A stretch of 32,000 bases of DNA, from contig LT962688.1 of assembly GCA_900234795.1 (NCBI GenBank), positions 2,460,001 through 2,492,000 of the forward strand, in the 5' to 3' direction. Origin of the DNA: Methylorubrum extorquens (GTDB lineage: Bacteria > Pseudomonadota > Alphaproteobacteria > Rhizobiales > Beijerinckiaceae). The position numbers were made by a program, and so were the translations under genes. The notes beneath the pieces were generated by a model, which saw nothing but the letters and a program-made list of their open reading frames with translations, was not told the DNA's origin and did not search any database. How positions within the stretch are numbered: the stretch's first letter is position 1; the number at the start of each line of letters is the position of its first letter. Shown here piece after piece: positions 8,660 to 18,073 of this stretch.

Positions 8660-11600
8660 ATGTCCGCGTCCCGTCCGGTGCCACACAGCGATCGTGGAGC
8701 CGCTGCACCCGTCCAGAACGCGCCGCGGGAGGACGGGTTGGAAAGCCGCCTCGACGCTCTGTGCCGCTCCGTCGCCGAGGTCTTCGCCGTCCCCATGGCG
8801 GCGATCGCGCTCATCGACGCGGATCGCATCCGTTTCCGCGCCCGCTACGGGCTCGCGGAGGCCGTCATCGACCGCGACGACGCCCTCTGCCATCACACGA
8901 TCCACCAGCCGCGCGGTCACGCCCTCGTGGTGCCGGACCTGATCCGTGACGAGCGTTTCGTTCATTCTCCCCTCGTCGTCGGCGCGCCGCATGCCCGCTT
9001 CTACGCGGGTCTGGCGATCCGCTCGGGAGCGGGCCGGGTCGTCGGCACGCTGTGCCTGATGGATCGGGTGCCGCGGGACGATGTCTCGTCCGACCGAGTG
9101 CGCGTCCTTCAAGAATTGGCGCTCGTCGCCGAGGCGCATCTTGAGCTCGACGAAGCCCGCCGCGCGAGCGAGGCCGCGGAACGCCGACGGGCGGAGGCGC
9201 ATCTCTTGGAATGGGAGGCGCGCCAGAGGGCGCTCGAGGCGGCCCACGCCATGGCTGAACAGATCGCCGCCTTCGGCCATTGGCGGATCGATGCGGCCAC
9301 CTGCACTATCGCGTGGTCGGACGGGATCGCCGGCATCTTCGGGCGCAACGCCGAACGCGCGACGCTGCCGCTCGAAACCCATATCGGCTTCTATCATCCG
9401 CATGACCGCGAACGCGTCTGGGCCGCCATGGACGAGGCGCTCGCGGGCCGCAGCCGGACTCTGGGGGGTGGCTACGAGCACCGCTCTCGCATCCTTCGTC
9501 CCGACGGCGAGATCCGGGTGGTGGCTGTTCACGGGATCGGCGAACACGATGAGGCGGGCCGCCTCGTCTCGATCTTCGGCGTCTGCCTCGATGTCACCGG
9601 CATGGCCCGCTCCGAGCAGCGCCTGCGCGAGACCGGCGAGGCGATGCGGGCCGCTCTCGAGGCGATGGATCAGGGCCTCGTCATGATCGGCCCCGACGAC
9701 CGGGTTCAAGTCCACAACCAGCGCGTCCGCGATCTCCTCGAACTGCCGGAGGACGTCCTGCACGAGGGTGTGTCCTACAGGGCGGTGCGGCGCTTTCTCG
9801 GCCGGCGCGGCGAGTTCGTGCATGCGCCGCCCGAAGCCCAGGAATGGCTGGAGCACGGTGACTTCCCGCCCGGCGTCCAACGCTACGAGGGGATGCGGCC
9901 CAACGGCACGATCCTGGAGGTGCGGCACGCTCCGATGGCTTCCGGCGGCCACATCTGCACCTTCACCGACCTGACGGCGTCTCGGCAGAGCGAGGCGGCC
10001 CTGCGCTCGGCCGAGGCCGATTACCAGTCGTTGTTTCAGAATGCGGTGATCGGCGTCTATCGGGCCCGGCTCGACGGCGGCATCGTCCAGGCCAACCGAG
10101 CGCTCGCACGGCTGCACGGCTACGGCGATGCGGGCCTGTCCCTGCCGGATGGCGGCTTCAGCCACGACTGGTACATCGAGCCGGGCCGGCACGAGGCCTT
10201 CCTGGCCTGCCTGAAGCGGGAGGGCCACGTCGAGGACTTCGTATCCGAGGTGCGCCGCCACGCGGGCGGGGAACGCATCTGGGTCTCCGAGACCGCCTGG
10301 GTGGTGCGCGACGCGGCGGGCCGGCCGATCTGGTTCGAGGGCACTGTCGCGGATGCGACGGAGCGCAAGCGCGCCCAGGCGCTGATCGAGCACATGGCCC
10401 GCCACGACGCGCTGACCGGGCTGCCCAACCGCCGGCTGTTCCAGGAGACCCTGGCCCGGGAGATCGACGGAGCCCGGCGCGACGGCGGCTCGGTGGTGGT
10501 GCTGTGCTGCGACCTCGACCGCTTCAAAGCGGTCAACGACACCTTCGGCCATCCCGCGGGCGACGCCCTGCTCCGCGTCGTCGCGGGCCGCCTCCGCGCG
10601 ACCCTGCGCGAGGGCGACGTGGTGGCCCGGCTCGGCGGGGACGAGTTCGCGATCATCTTGCCAAGCCGGGGGAAGCAGCGCCGCATCGCCGCCTTCGCCC
10701 GCCGGCTGATCCAGGCCGCCGGGCGGCCGGTCGATCTCGGCGGCCGCGCCACCACCGTCGGCGTCAGCATTGGCGTGGCGGTTTGGCCCAAACACGGCGA
10801 CAGCGCCGACACCCTGTTCAAGAACGCCGACATCGCACTCTACCGGGCCAAGGATTCCGGGCGGAACACCTTCCGTTTTTACGAGAGCGGGATGGCTCTC
10901 GCGGTCGTGACCCGCAACCTTCTGGAAATCGAGATGCGCGAGTCGATCCGCTCCGGCGGGTTCGCGCTGCATTACCAACCGATCTTCGCCCTCGCGGACG
11001 GTGCGCCGCAGGGCTTCGAGGCTCTGTTGCGCTGGAATCATCCGATGCGAGGGCCGATCTCGCCGGGGGCCTTCATCCCGCTGGCGGAGGAGAGCGGCCT
11101 CATCACCCAACTCGGCGCCTGGGCGCTGCACGAGGCCTGCCGCGAGGCGGCCTCCTGGCCGGGCGATCTGCGGGTCGCCGTCAATGTCTCGGCGGTGCAG
11201 TTCCGCAAGACCGGGCTGGAGCAGAGCGTCGTGCGCGCGCTCGCGGCGTCGGGCCTACCGGCCGGGCGGCTCGAACTGGAGATCACCGAAAGCGTGCTGA
11301 TGCAGGATTCGGACGCCGTGATCGGTTCTCTGCACCGCCTGCGCGCCATGGGCGTGCGGATCGCGCTCGACGATTTTGGCACGGGCTACTCGTCCCTGAG
11401 CTACCTCTGCCGGTTCCCCTTCGACAAGATCAAGATCGATCGCGCCTTCATCCGCGACATCGACGAGCCCGTGGCGGCGGCGGTGGTGCGCGCGGTGGTG
11501 GGTTTGGGCGAGCGCCTCGGCATGGCCATCACCGCCGAGGGCGTGGAGACGGAGGAGCAGTTGGTGCAGGTGCGGCGCAAGGGCTGCACCGAGGTGCAGG

Positions 11601-11671
11601 GCTTCCTGCTCGGCCGGCCGCTGCCCGCCGCGGAAGCCATGACCCTCGTCGCGGGGCGGGTGGCGGCCTGA
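8660..11671 (+). CDS. Multidomain c-di-GMP signalling protein: GAF, several PAS domains, GGDEF and EAL
   Basis: 1003-aa ORF with GGGGGAG 8 nt upstream of the ATG. N-terminal GAF-like region: LDALCRSVAEVF..IALID..RF.ARYGL. PAS/PAC-like repeats follow: W..D..IFG, HP.DRE.V. GGDEF domain has RLGGDEFAI with an RxxD I-site (REGD) five residues upstream. EAL domain has EALLRWNHP, DDFGTGYSSLSYL, KIDRAFI, EGVET and QGFLLGRP. Confidence 0.93.
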   Translation: MSASRPVPHSDRGAAAPVQNAPREDGLESRLDALCRSVAEVFAVPMAAIALIDADRIRFRARYGLAEAVIDRDDALCHHTIHQPRGHALVVPDLIRDERFVHSPLVVGAPHARFYAGLAIRSGAGRVVGTLCLMDRVPRDDVSSDRVRVLQELALVAEAHLELDEARRASEAAERRRAEAHLLEWEARQRALEAAHAMAEQIAAFGHWRIDAATCTIAWSDGIAGIFGRNAERATLPLETHIGFYHPHDRERVWAAMDEALAGRSRTLGGGYEHRSRILRPDGEIRVVAVHGIGEHDEAGRLVSIFGVCLDVTGMARSEQRLRETGEAMRAALEAMDQGLVMIGPDDRVQVHNQRVRDLLELPEDVLHEGVSYRAVRRFLGRRGEFVHAPPEAQEWLEHGDFPPGVQRYEGMRPNGTILEVRHAPMASGGHICTFTDLTASRQSEAALRSAEADYQSLFQNAVIGVYRARLDGGIVQANRALARLHGYGDAGLSLPDGGFSHDWYIEPGRHEAFLACLKREGHVEDFVSEVRRHAGGERIWVSETAWVVRDAAGRPIWFEGTVADATERKRAQALIEHMARHDALTGLPNRRLFQETLAREIDGARRDGGSVVVLCCDLDRFKAVNDTFGHPAGDALLRVVAGRLRATLREGDVVARLGGDEFAIILPSRGKQRRIAAFARRLIQAAGRPVDLGGRATTVGVSIGVAVWPKHGDSADTLFKNADIALYRAKDSGRNTFRFYESGMALAVVTRNLLEIEMRESIRSGGFALHYQPIFALADGAPQGFEALLRWNHPMRGPISPGAFIPLAEESGLITQLGAWALHEACREAASWPGDLRVAVNVSAVQFRKTGLEQSVVRALAASGLPAGRLELEITESVLMQDSDAVIGSLHRLRAMGVRIALDDFGTGYSSLSYLCRFPFDKIKIDRAFIRDIDEPVAAAVVRAVVGLGERLGMAITAEGVETEEQLVQVRRKGCTEVQGFLLGRPLPAAEAMTLVAGRVAA

Positions 11672-11816
11672 GCCGGTGCGCGAGGACGGCCGGATGGCGG
11701 CACCTGTCGGGGGCGGATCGGCGGAAGTCCTGAGCGGAGGGCGAGCCGGCGCGTCGATGGGAAAGACTGAAATTTAAGAGTAATCGGCTATCGCTTCGGC
11801 CGTGACGTCGATGGCG

Positions 11817-11866
11817 AGAGCGGTGTCCGACCCCGTTGGGTCGGGCACCGCTCTATCCTCTTGTTT
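11817..11866 (+). terminator. Probable intrinsic terminator (17-bp stem, tetraloop, T-rich tail) downstream of the GGDEF-EAL gene
   Basis: agagcggtgtccgaccc-cgtt-gggtcgggcaccgctct with one G-T pair, followed by atcctcttgttt. It lies 145 nt after the stop at 11671 and before the ATG at 11927. Confidence 0.45.
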
Positions 11867-11926
11867 GCGGCGCTTTCTTTCGATGAACCGGAACCCGCTT
11901 CGTCGGAAAGCGCTCGAGGGGCGGTG

Positions 11927-12985
11927 ATGCAGGGACAGATGCAGCAGGCGGATCCGGACCTCGACCGCGCTCTGGCTCCCGCGCACCGCGCCTGGGAGGC
12001 GCTGCGGCAGTATGCGCTGCCGCCCTCCCCGCGGAACTACGAATTGCTGCACACCTTCTTCGCCGGCGCCAATCCGCCGCTGAGCGAACGCCTCGCGGCC
12101 TGTCTGGCACCCGGTGGAACGCTGACCGAGGAGCAGGCGAGCGCGCTCTACGACGCCTGCATCGCCGAGACCGGGACGGAGGCCTCCGTGCTCGATGGGG
12201 CGGGCCGGCTGGCGGAGGCGGCCGGTACCCTGGCGGAGCGCGTCGCGGGCAGCCGGAGGGCGCTCGCCGGCTATGGTGACGCCCTGACCCATTGGTCCGG
12301 CCGCCTGAATGCACGTCCGACCGCCGACGAGCTGATGACGGCGCTCGTCGCCCTGATCGGCGAGACCGAGCAGGCGCAGACCCGCAACCACCTGCTCGAG
12401 GAGCAGCTCTCGGCCTCCGCCGCCCACATCGCCAAACTGCACAAGGATCTCGTCGAGACGCAGCGCGCGGCGGCGACCGATGCCCTGACGGGGCTTGCCA
12501 ACCGCAAGACCTTCGACGGGTTCCTGCGCGACTCGATCGCCCGCACCCGGAGCGATTCCGGCAGCACCTTCTCCCTGCTCATGCTCGACATCGACCACTT
12601 CAAGGGTCTCAACGACCGGCACGGCCACCGCTTCGGCGATCAGGTGCTGCGCCTCGTCGGACGGCTGCTCAGCGCGAAGACGACGGATCGCGACCTCGCC
12701 GCGCGCTACGGCGGCGAGGAATTCGCGATCGTGCTCGGCGAGGCCGGCATCGGTGCCGGCGTCGCACTCGCCCAGGAGATCTGCGGCCGGCTGCGGGGTC
12801 AGCGGCTGGTCAAGCGTGGCACCGGCGATGTCGTGGCACAGGTCACGATCTCGGCCGGCGTCGCGCAGTACCGGCCGGGCGAAGCCGCCCGCGACGTGAT
12901 CGAGCGGGCCGACCGCGCGCTCTACGAGGCCAAGCGGACCGGCCGCGACCGTGTCTGCCCGACGCCGCGGGCCGCGGTCGCGTGA
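11927..12985 (+). CDS. Diguanylate cyclase (helical/coiled-coil N-terminal region plus GGDEF domain)
   Basis: ATG 11927 has GAGGGG 6 nt upstream. The GGDEF domain shows DALTGLANRK.F, LLMLDIDHFKGLNDRHGH..GD and RYGGEEFAIVL. The I-site position reads TDRD, not RxxD. The track start at 11861 would overlap the hairpin at 11817-11854. Confidence 0.88.
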   Translation: MQGQMQQADPDLDRALAPAHRAWEALRQYALPPSPRNYELLHTFFAGANPPLSERLAACLAPGGTLTEEQASALYDACIAETGTEASVLDGAGRLAEAAGTLAERVAGSRRALAGYGDALTHWSGRLNARPTADELMTALVALIGETEQAQTRNHLLEEQLSASAAHIAKLHKDLVETQRAAATDALTGLANRKTFDGFLRDSIARTRSDSGSTFSLLMLDIDHFKGLNDRHGHRFGDQVLRLVGRLLSAKTTDRDLAARYGGEEFAIVLGEAGIGAGVALAQEICGRLRGQRLVKRGTGDVVAQVTISAGVAQYRPGEAARDVIERADRALYEAKRTGRDRVCPTPRAAVA

Positions 12986-12998
12986 GGTCGCGCGGCGA

Positions 12999-14351
12999 TC
13001 AGCGGAAATCGGTCGGCGCGAGGCCGTAGCGGGCGATCTTGTCGTAGAGGGTCTTGCGCGGCACGCCGAGGGACTCGGCTGCCAGCCGCACGTCGCCGCC
13101 GGCCATGATCAGCTCCTCGCGGATCAGCCCGCGCTCGAACCGCTCGACCTGGTCGGACAGGCTGAGAGCCGCCGTCGGCGTCGCCTCCGGGGCGGCTTGG
13201 CCGGCGAGGCCCAGGGCGCAGCGTTCGGCGAAATGATCGAGTTCGCGCACGTTGCCCGGCCAGGAATGGCGCAGCAGGTGGTCGCGCATCGCCGCCGTCA
13301 CCGGGGGCGCCTCGCGGCCGAACCGGGCAGCGGCGCGGGCCAGGAAGTGCTGGAACAGCATCAGGATGTCCTCACGCCGCTCGCGCAGGGGCGGGATCAC
13401 GACCGTGACGACGTTGAGCCGGTGGTAGAGGTCGTCGCGGAACGTGCCGGCGGCGGCCTCCTGGCCGAGATCGACCTTCGTCGCCGAGACGACCCGCATA
13501 TCGATCGGCCGCCGCTCGTTGGTGCCCAGCGGCTCGACCACCCGCTCCTGCAGCACGCGCAGCAGCTTCACCTGAAGCGCCAGCGGCATGCTCTCGATCT
13601 CGTCGAGGAACAGTGTGCCCCCTTGCGCGTGCTCGATGCGTCCGACCCGGCGCTTGAGCGCCCCGGTGAAAGCGCCGGCCTCGTGGCCGAAGAGTTCGCT
13701 CTCCACCACGCTGTCGGGCAGCGCGCCGCAATTCATCGCGACGAAGTTCTTCGAGGCGCGCCGGCTCCAGCGGTGGAGGGCGTTGGCCACCACCTCCTTG
13801 CCGGAGCCCGTCTCGCCGAGCACGAGCACATCGACATCGGCGCCGGCCACATCGCGCACGAGGCGGCGCAGGCGTACGATTTCCGGCGAGATCCCGAGGA
13901 AGGCGGGATCCTCCTCGATTGCCGCGTCGAGCCGGGCGATGAGCCGGCGGTTATCCAGAACGAGGCGGCGGCGGTCGAGGGCGCGACGCACCGAACCCAT
14001 CAGCGCTTCGGCCGGGTAGGGTTTGGCCAGGAAATCATAGGCGCCCGAGCGCATCGCCGCGACCGCCATCGAGATATCGCCGTGCCCGGTGATGAGGATC
14101 ACGGGCAGGTCCGGGTCCTCGGCCTGGATCCGCTCCAACAGGGCGCGGCCGTCGAGACCCGGCAGGCGCACGTCGGTGACGACCACCCCCGGTGGCTCGG
14201 CCCGGATCGCTGCGAGGGCGGGTTCCCCCGCCTCGAAGGTCTCGACCTGGAAGCCGTCGAGTTCGAGGCTCTGGCGGTTGGCGCGCCGCACGTCCTCCTC
14301 GTCGTCGATGAAGACGATCCGCTCGGACGCGCCGTCCGGCTCGCTGCTCAT
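12999..14351 (-). CDS. dctD: Sigma54-dependent response regulator of C4-dicarboxylate transport
   Basis: ATG 14351 gives MSSEPDGASERIVFIDDEEDVRR, a receiver domain (VVTDVRLPGLDG). The AAA+ sigma54-interaction domain has GETGSGKE, ESELFGHEAGAFTGA and GTLFLDEI. A C-terminal HTH (LGVPRKTLYDKIARYGL) is present. The start overlaps the dctB stop (ATGA). The 794-aa track ORF is an artefactual upstream extension. Confidence 0.9.
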   Translation of the reverse strand: MSSEPDGASERIVFIDDEEDVRRANRQSLELDGFQVETFEAGEPALAAIRAEPPGVVVTDVRLPGLDGRALLERIQAEDPDLPVILITGHGDISMAVAAMRSGAYDFLAKPYPAEALMGSVRRALDRRRLVLDNRRLIARLDAAIEEDPAFLGISPEIVRLRRLVRDVAGADVDVLVLGETGSGKEVVANALHRWSRRASKNFVAMNCGALPDSVVESELFGHEAGAFTGALKRRVGRIEHAQGGTLFLDEIESMPLALQVKLLRVLQERVVEPLGTNERRPIDMRVVSATKVDLGQEAAAGTFRDDLYHRLNVVTVVIPPLRERREDILMLFQHFLARAAARFGREAPPVTAAMRDHLLRHSWPGNVRELDHFAERCALGLAGQAAPEATPTAALSLSDQVERFERGLIREELIMAGGDVRLAAESLGVPRKTLYDKIARYGLAPTDFR

Positions 14352-16225
14352 ATGGCCTCCAGGCTCCCGACCGGCTTTGCGTTCCGCTTGTCCTGCGCCG
14401 CATCCGCCGGTGCGGGGGCGCGGGTCAACTCCATCCGGAAGGTCGTGCCGTCGGCGCCCGAGTGCAGCCCGAGCGTTCCGCCGCATTCCTCGACGATACC
14501 GCGGCAGATCGCCAGACCGAGCCCGAGGCCTTCGGATTTCGTGGTGAAGAACGGGTCGAACACCTGCGCCCGCACGGCTTCCGGGATGCCCGGCCCGTTG
14601 TCGGCGACCTCGACCGCGATCCGCTCCTCGCTCGCCTCGACCCGCAGGGCGATCCGCGCCTCCGGGCGGCCGGTCACCGCGTCGAGGGCGTTCTGCAGCA
14701 GGTTGACGACGACCTGTTCCAGGCGTGGCCCGTCGCCGAGCACGGCGAGATCGGGCGAGGGAAGCGGCGCATCGAGGGCGATGCCGGTCTGCGCGGCGCG
14801 CCAGGAGACGACTTCGAGGCTTCCGCGGACGATATCGGCGAGGCCGACCGGCTCGCGCCGGCCCGAGGCGCGGCGGGCGAAGCCCTTGAGCTGGCGGGTC
14901 AGGGTGCCGATGCGCTCGGTCAGCCGACCGATCGCCGAGACGTTCTCCGCCGCATCCTCCACGCGCCCGCGGCGCACGAGAAACGCGGTGTTGTCGGCAT
15001 AGGAGCGGATCGCGGCGAGCGGCTGGTTGATCTCGTGAGCCATGCTGGCCGCGAATTGACCCAATGCCGCGAGCCGCCCGGCCTGGGCCAGTTCGCGGCC
15101 GAGGCGCTCGCGTTCGGCCTCGGCGCGGCGGCGCTCCTCGATCTCGCCGAGAAGCTGCCGGTTGGCCTCGCTGAGCGCGTGCGTGCGCTCGGCCACCCGC
15201 GCTTCCAGGTCTTCGCGCCGGGCGGCGGCCTCTGCGAGCCGGGTCCGCATCCGCCGCCGGCGGCCCATCAGCATGGCGAGCCCGGCCCAGGCGAGACTCG
15301 TCGTCAGCAGGGCGATCACCCGGCCCTGCGCCCGCTCGCGCTGAACCGCGGCGGCGATCGGGGTCAGGGTGTGAAGGCGCCATTCAGTGCCGGGGATCGG
15401 GGCGTCGAGCATCAGTGCCGGCCAAGCCGGCTTGGCGCTGCCGCCGACCCGGACGAGATCGTCCGCGCCGAGATCGGCGTAAAGCGGCAGGGGCAAGAGC
15501 GCCGCTTCGCCGAATTCGAGCGCCTCGCGGATGCGCTTGCGCTCCGCCTCGTCGATGGCGCGCAGCGCCTTGAAGCGCCAGGCCGGGTCGCTCGCCACCA
15601 GCACGATACCGCGGGCATCGGTGACGAACACGCTCTCGCGACTCGTGCGCCATGCCGCCTCGATCGCGTCGAACTCGATCTTGACGACGACGACGCCGGC
15701 CGCGCGAGGGAGCCGGCGAGCGAGATAGTAGCCCGGCCGGCCGCTGACGGTGCCGAGGGCGAATTGCGAGCCGGAGCCGGTCGCCATCGATTCCCTGAAA
15801 TAGGGGCGAAAGCCGTAGTCGCGGCCGAGGAAGCTCTTTTCCGAGGTCGCGTTGCTCGCGGCGACCGTGACGCCGTCGGTGCCCATCACGTAGATCACCG
15901 CGGCCCCGGTCGCCTCGGCGATCTGAGCGAGGCGGCCATTCACACCCTCGACGAGTTCGGGGTCGGGCGCGGGTGCCACGATGCGGGCGATCTCGGGGTC
16001 CGCGGCGAGCGCGAGCGGCAGCGAACTCTGCGCCTGCATCTCGGCCCGAAGCGCCGCGACTTGGAGGCCGAGCGTCGAGGAAGCCGAACGCCGCAGATCG
16101 GTCAGCGCCCACCGTTCCGCCACCCGCCCGCCGAGCCAGCCCGACAGCAGCAGAGCCGCGAGCCCCGCCAGCACCACGAGCGCCCGCCGGTAATCTTTCG
16201 CGGAAAGCGGAGCGGCGACGATCAC
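14348..16225 (-). CDS. dctB: C4-dicarboxylate sensor histidine kinase
   Basis: 625-aa ORF with a GTG start at 16225 (start uncertain). It has an N-terminal TM segment, a periplasmic domain and a second TM segment. The H-box is FAASMAHEINQPLAAI. HATPase motifs are LLQNALDA, DNGPGI and GLGLGLAI. It is divergent from dctA and coupled to dctD, the Rhizobium-type dct locus arrangement. Confidence 0.88.
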   Translation of the reverse strand: MIVAAPLSAKDYRRALVVLAGLAALLLSGWLGGRVAERWALTDLRRSASSTLGLQVAALRAEMQAQSSLPLALAADPEIARIVAPAPDPELVEGVNGRLAQIAEATGAAVIYVMGTDGVTVAASNATSEKSFLGRDYGFRPYFRESMATGSGSQFALGTVSGRPGYYLARRLPRAAGVVVVKIEFDAIEAAWRTSRESVFVTDARGIVLVASDPAWRFKALRAIDEAERKRIREALEFGEAALLPLPLYADLGADDLVRVGGSAKPAWPALMLDAPIPGTEWRLHTLTPIAAAVQRERAQGRVIALLTTSLAWAGLAMLMGRRRRMRTRLAEAAARREDLEARVAERTHALSEANRQLLGEIEERRRAEAERERLGRELAQAGRLAALGQFAASMAHEINQPLAAIRSYADNTAFLVRRGRVEDAAENVSAIGRLTERIGTLTRQLKGFARRASGRREPVGLADIVRGSLEVVSWRAAQTGIALDAPLPSPDLAVLGDGPRLEQVVVNLLQNALDAVTGRPEARIALRVEASEERIAVEVADNGPGIPEAVRAQVFDPFFTTKSEGLGLGLAICRGIVEECGGTLGLHSGADGTTFRMELTRAPAPADAAQDKRNAKPVGSLEAI

Positions 16226-16238
16226 CGCGGCAAGTCCA

Positions 16239-16285
16239 GTGCGAAATTCCGGAACGATCCGGAACCCTGCGTGCGGATCACCGCA
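16239..16285. promoter_or_regulatory. Candidate tandem DctD upstream activating sites
   Basis: Two GTGCG-N5-CCG elements sit 32 bp apart: GTGCGaaattCCGga at 16239 and GTGCGgatcaCCGCA at 16271. The second contains the perfect dyad TGCGG-N4-CCGCA (16272-16285). They lie about 90-130 bp upstream of the sigma54 -24 element, the distance expected for dctA UAS sites. Confidence 0.45.
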
Positions 16286-16370
16286 ACAGGCATTCGAGCG
16301 CCTTGCACCTGCGAACGTGAAATATCATTCATTTCAGTGCTTTAACAAAAAGTTATCGGCGCCTTCGGAT

Positions 16371-16385
16371 TGGCATGCCGGTTGC
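16371..16385 (+). promoter_or_regulatory. Sigma54 (-24/-12) promoter of dctA
   Basis: TGGCAT-gccgg-TTGC matches TGGCAC-N5-TTGC with one mismatch. It lies 150 nt upstream of the dctA ATG, downstream of an AT-rich dyad (TGAAAT-N7-ATTTCA, 16318-16336) that could be a bending site. Confidence 0.7.
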
Positions 16386-16536
16386 CATTCCCTGATCGTA
16401 ACGCAGCCATGACTGAACTGCAGAGCTGTGTGCCGCGAGGCCAAAAGCAAGAGCGGACGGTACCGGAATCCTCCTCGGGAGGCGTCCGGCGAACCGATCC
16501 GACGGACCGCCCACCGTCCGACAGGGAGAAACGCCC

Positions 16537-17880
16537 ATGGCCACCGTGCCGTCCCCTTTGACCGCGCCCCACGCGCCGCCCGCACCCATGCCGCTCTATC
16601 GCACGCTGTACTTCCAGGTGCTGGTTGCCGTCGCCATCGGCATTGCCCTCGGGCATTTCTACCCGAAGCTCGGCGCCGACATGAAGCCGCTCGGCGACGC
16701 CTTCATCAAGCTCGTCAAGATGATCATCGCGCCGGTGATCTTCCTCACCGTTGTCTCCGGCATTGCCGGCATGACCAATCTCGAGAAGGTCGGCCGCGTC
16801 GGCGGCAAGGCGCTCATCTACTTCATCACCTTCTCGACGCTGGCCCTGATCGTCGGCCTCGTCGTCGCCAACGTGCTCCAGCCCGGCCATGGCCTGCATA
16901 TCGACCCGAACTCGCTCGATCCGAAGGCGGTCGCGACCTATGCCGGCAAGGCCAAGGAGCAGAACATCGCCGACTTCCTGATGAACATCATCCCGACGAC
17001 GGCCGTCGGTGCGTTCGCGGGCGGTGAAATCCTCCAGGTGCTGTTCTTCTCGGTGCTGTTCGGCTTCGGCCTCGCCTTCCTCGGCGAGCGCGGCAAGCCG
17101 GTGCTCGACATCATCAAGGTGATGTCGGAGGCGATCTTCGGCGTCGTCAACATCATCATGAAGGTCGCCCCCATCGGTGCCTTCGGCGCGATGGCCTTCA
17201 CCATCGGCAAGTACGGCATCTCCTCGCTCGCCAACCTCGCCTACCTCGTCGGCGCCTTCTACCTGACCTCGGCGATCTTCGTGCTCGGCGTGCTCGGCGC
17301 AGTCGCCCGCTACAACGGCTTCTCCATCCTCAAGCTCATCCGCTACATCAAGGAAGAGCTGATGCTGGTGCTCGGCACCTCCTCCTCGGAGTCGGCCCTG
17401 CCCTCGCTCATCGACAAGATGGAGAAGGCCGGCTGCTCGCGCCCCGTCGTCGGCCTCGTGGTCCCGACCGGCTACTCGTTCAACCTCGACGGCACCAACA
17501 TCTACATGACGATGGCGGCGCTCTTCATCGCCCAGGCCACCGACACCCCGATCACCTACGGCGAGCAGATCCTGCTGCTGCTGGTGGCCATGCTCTCCTC
17601 GAAGGGCGCTGCGGGCGTGACCGGCTCGGGCTTCATCACCTTGGCCGCGACGCTCGCCGTCGTTCCCTCCGTGCCGGTTGTCGGCATGGCGCTGATCCTC
17701 GGCATCGACCGCTTCATGTCGGAGTGCCGCGCCCTCACCAATTTCATCGGCAACGCGGTGGCCTGCATCGTCGTCGCCCGCTGGGAAGGTGAGGTCGACG
17801 AAGCCAAGCTTCACGCCGCGCTGGGTGGCAAGCCGGTCGCCGCGGCGACCCCTGCCCCGGTCCTTCAGCCGGCTGAGTGA
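16537..17880 (+). CDS. dctA: C4-dicarboxylate:cation symporter
   Basis: 447-aa ORF with GGGAGA 7 nt upstream of ATG 16537; an alternative ATG is at 16588. DctA hallmarks: [49 protein letters not shown] and [22 protein letters not shown]. Confidence 0.95.
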   Translation: MATVPSPLTAPHAPPAPMPLYRTLYFQVLVAVAIGIALGHFYPKLGADMKPLGDAFIKLVKMIIAPVIFLTVVSGIAGMTNLEKVGRVGGKALIYFITFSTLALIVGLVVANVLQPGHGLHIDPNSLDPKAVATYAGKAKEQNIADFLMNIIPTTAVGAFAGGEILQVLFFSVLFGFGLAFLGERGKPVLDIIKVMSEAIFGVVNIIMKVAPIGAFGAMAFTIGKYGISSLANLAYLVGAFYLTSAIFVLGVLGAVARYNGFSILKLIRYIKEELMLVLGTSSSESALPSLIDKMEKAGCSRPVVGLVVPTGYSFNLDGTNIYMTMAALFIAQATDTPITYGEQILLLLVAMLSSKGAAGVTGSGFITLAATLAVVPSVPVVGMALILGIDRFMSECRALTNFIGNAVACIVVARWEGEVDEAKLHAALGGKPVAAATPAPVLQPAE

Positions 17881-17928
17881 TCCGGTCAGGAGGGCGCACC
17901 GTCCTGCGTCCTTCGTCCGGTATGGGAG

Positions 17929-17965
17929 CCGCGGCAGCCGGAAAAGGGCTGCCGCGGTTTCTCGC
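17929..17965 (+). terminator. Rho-independent terminator of dctA
   Basis: An 11-bp perfect GC-rich stem ccgcggcagcc / ggctgccgcgg with loop ggaaaag, followed by tttctcgctttct. Confidence 0.7.
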
Positions 17966-18073
17966 TTTCTGAGGCCTCTCAGAGCGCATTTTCGCAGAGT
18001 CTGTTCTTACCGGTCCTTCGGGACGATGCTCTATCCTCCGGCGCATCGCTGCCTGGCGATTCGAGGAGGTTTC

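Noticed and set aside
8579-11131. 850-aa minus-strand ORF, plus other overlapping ORFs such as 10504..11733 on the plus strand.
   Set aside because: It is antisense or out of frame relative to the GAF-PAS-GGDEF-EAL gene, whose motifs are unambiguous. The composition is shadow-like.
14352-15383. N-terminal 344-aa extension of the 794-aa track ORF 12999..15383.
   Set aside because: It is an out-of-frame overlap with dctB. DctD homology starts at MSSEPDG (ATG 14351), which overlaps the dctB stop in an ATGA junction.
12951-16345. 683-aa and 627-aa plus-strand ORFs (12951..15002 and 14462..16345).
   Set aside because: They are antisense to dctD and dctB, which carry clear receiver, AAA+, H-box and HATPase motifs. 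Their translations are low-complexity and Arg/Gly/Asp-rich.
16342-17814. 490-aa minus-strand ORF.
   Set aside because: It is antisense to dctA. The Asp/Glu/Arg/Gly-rich translation has no motif.
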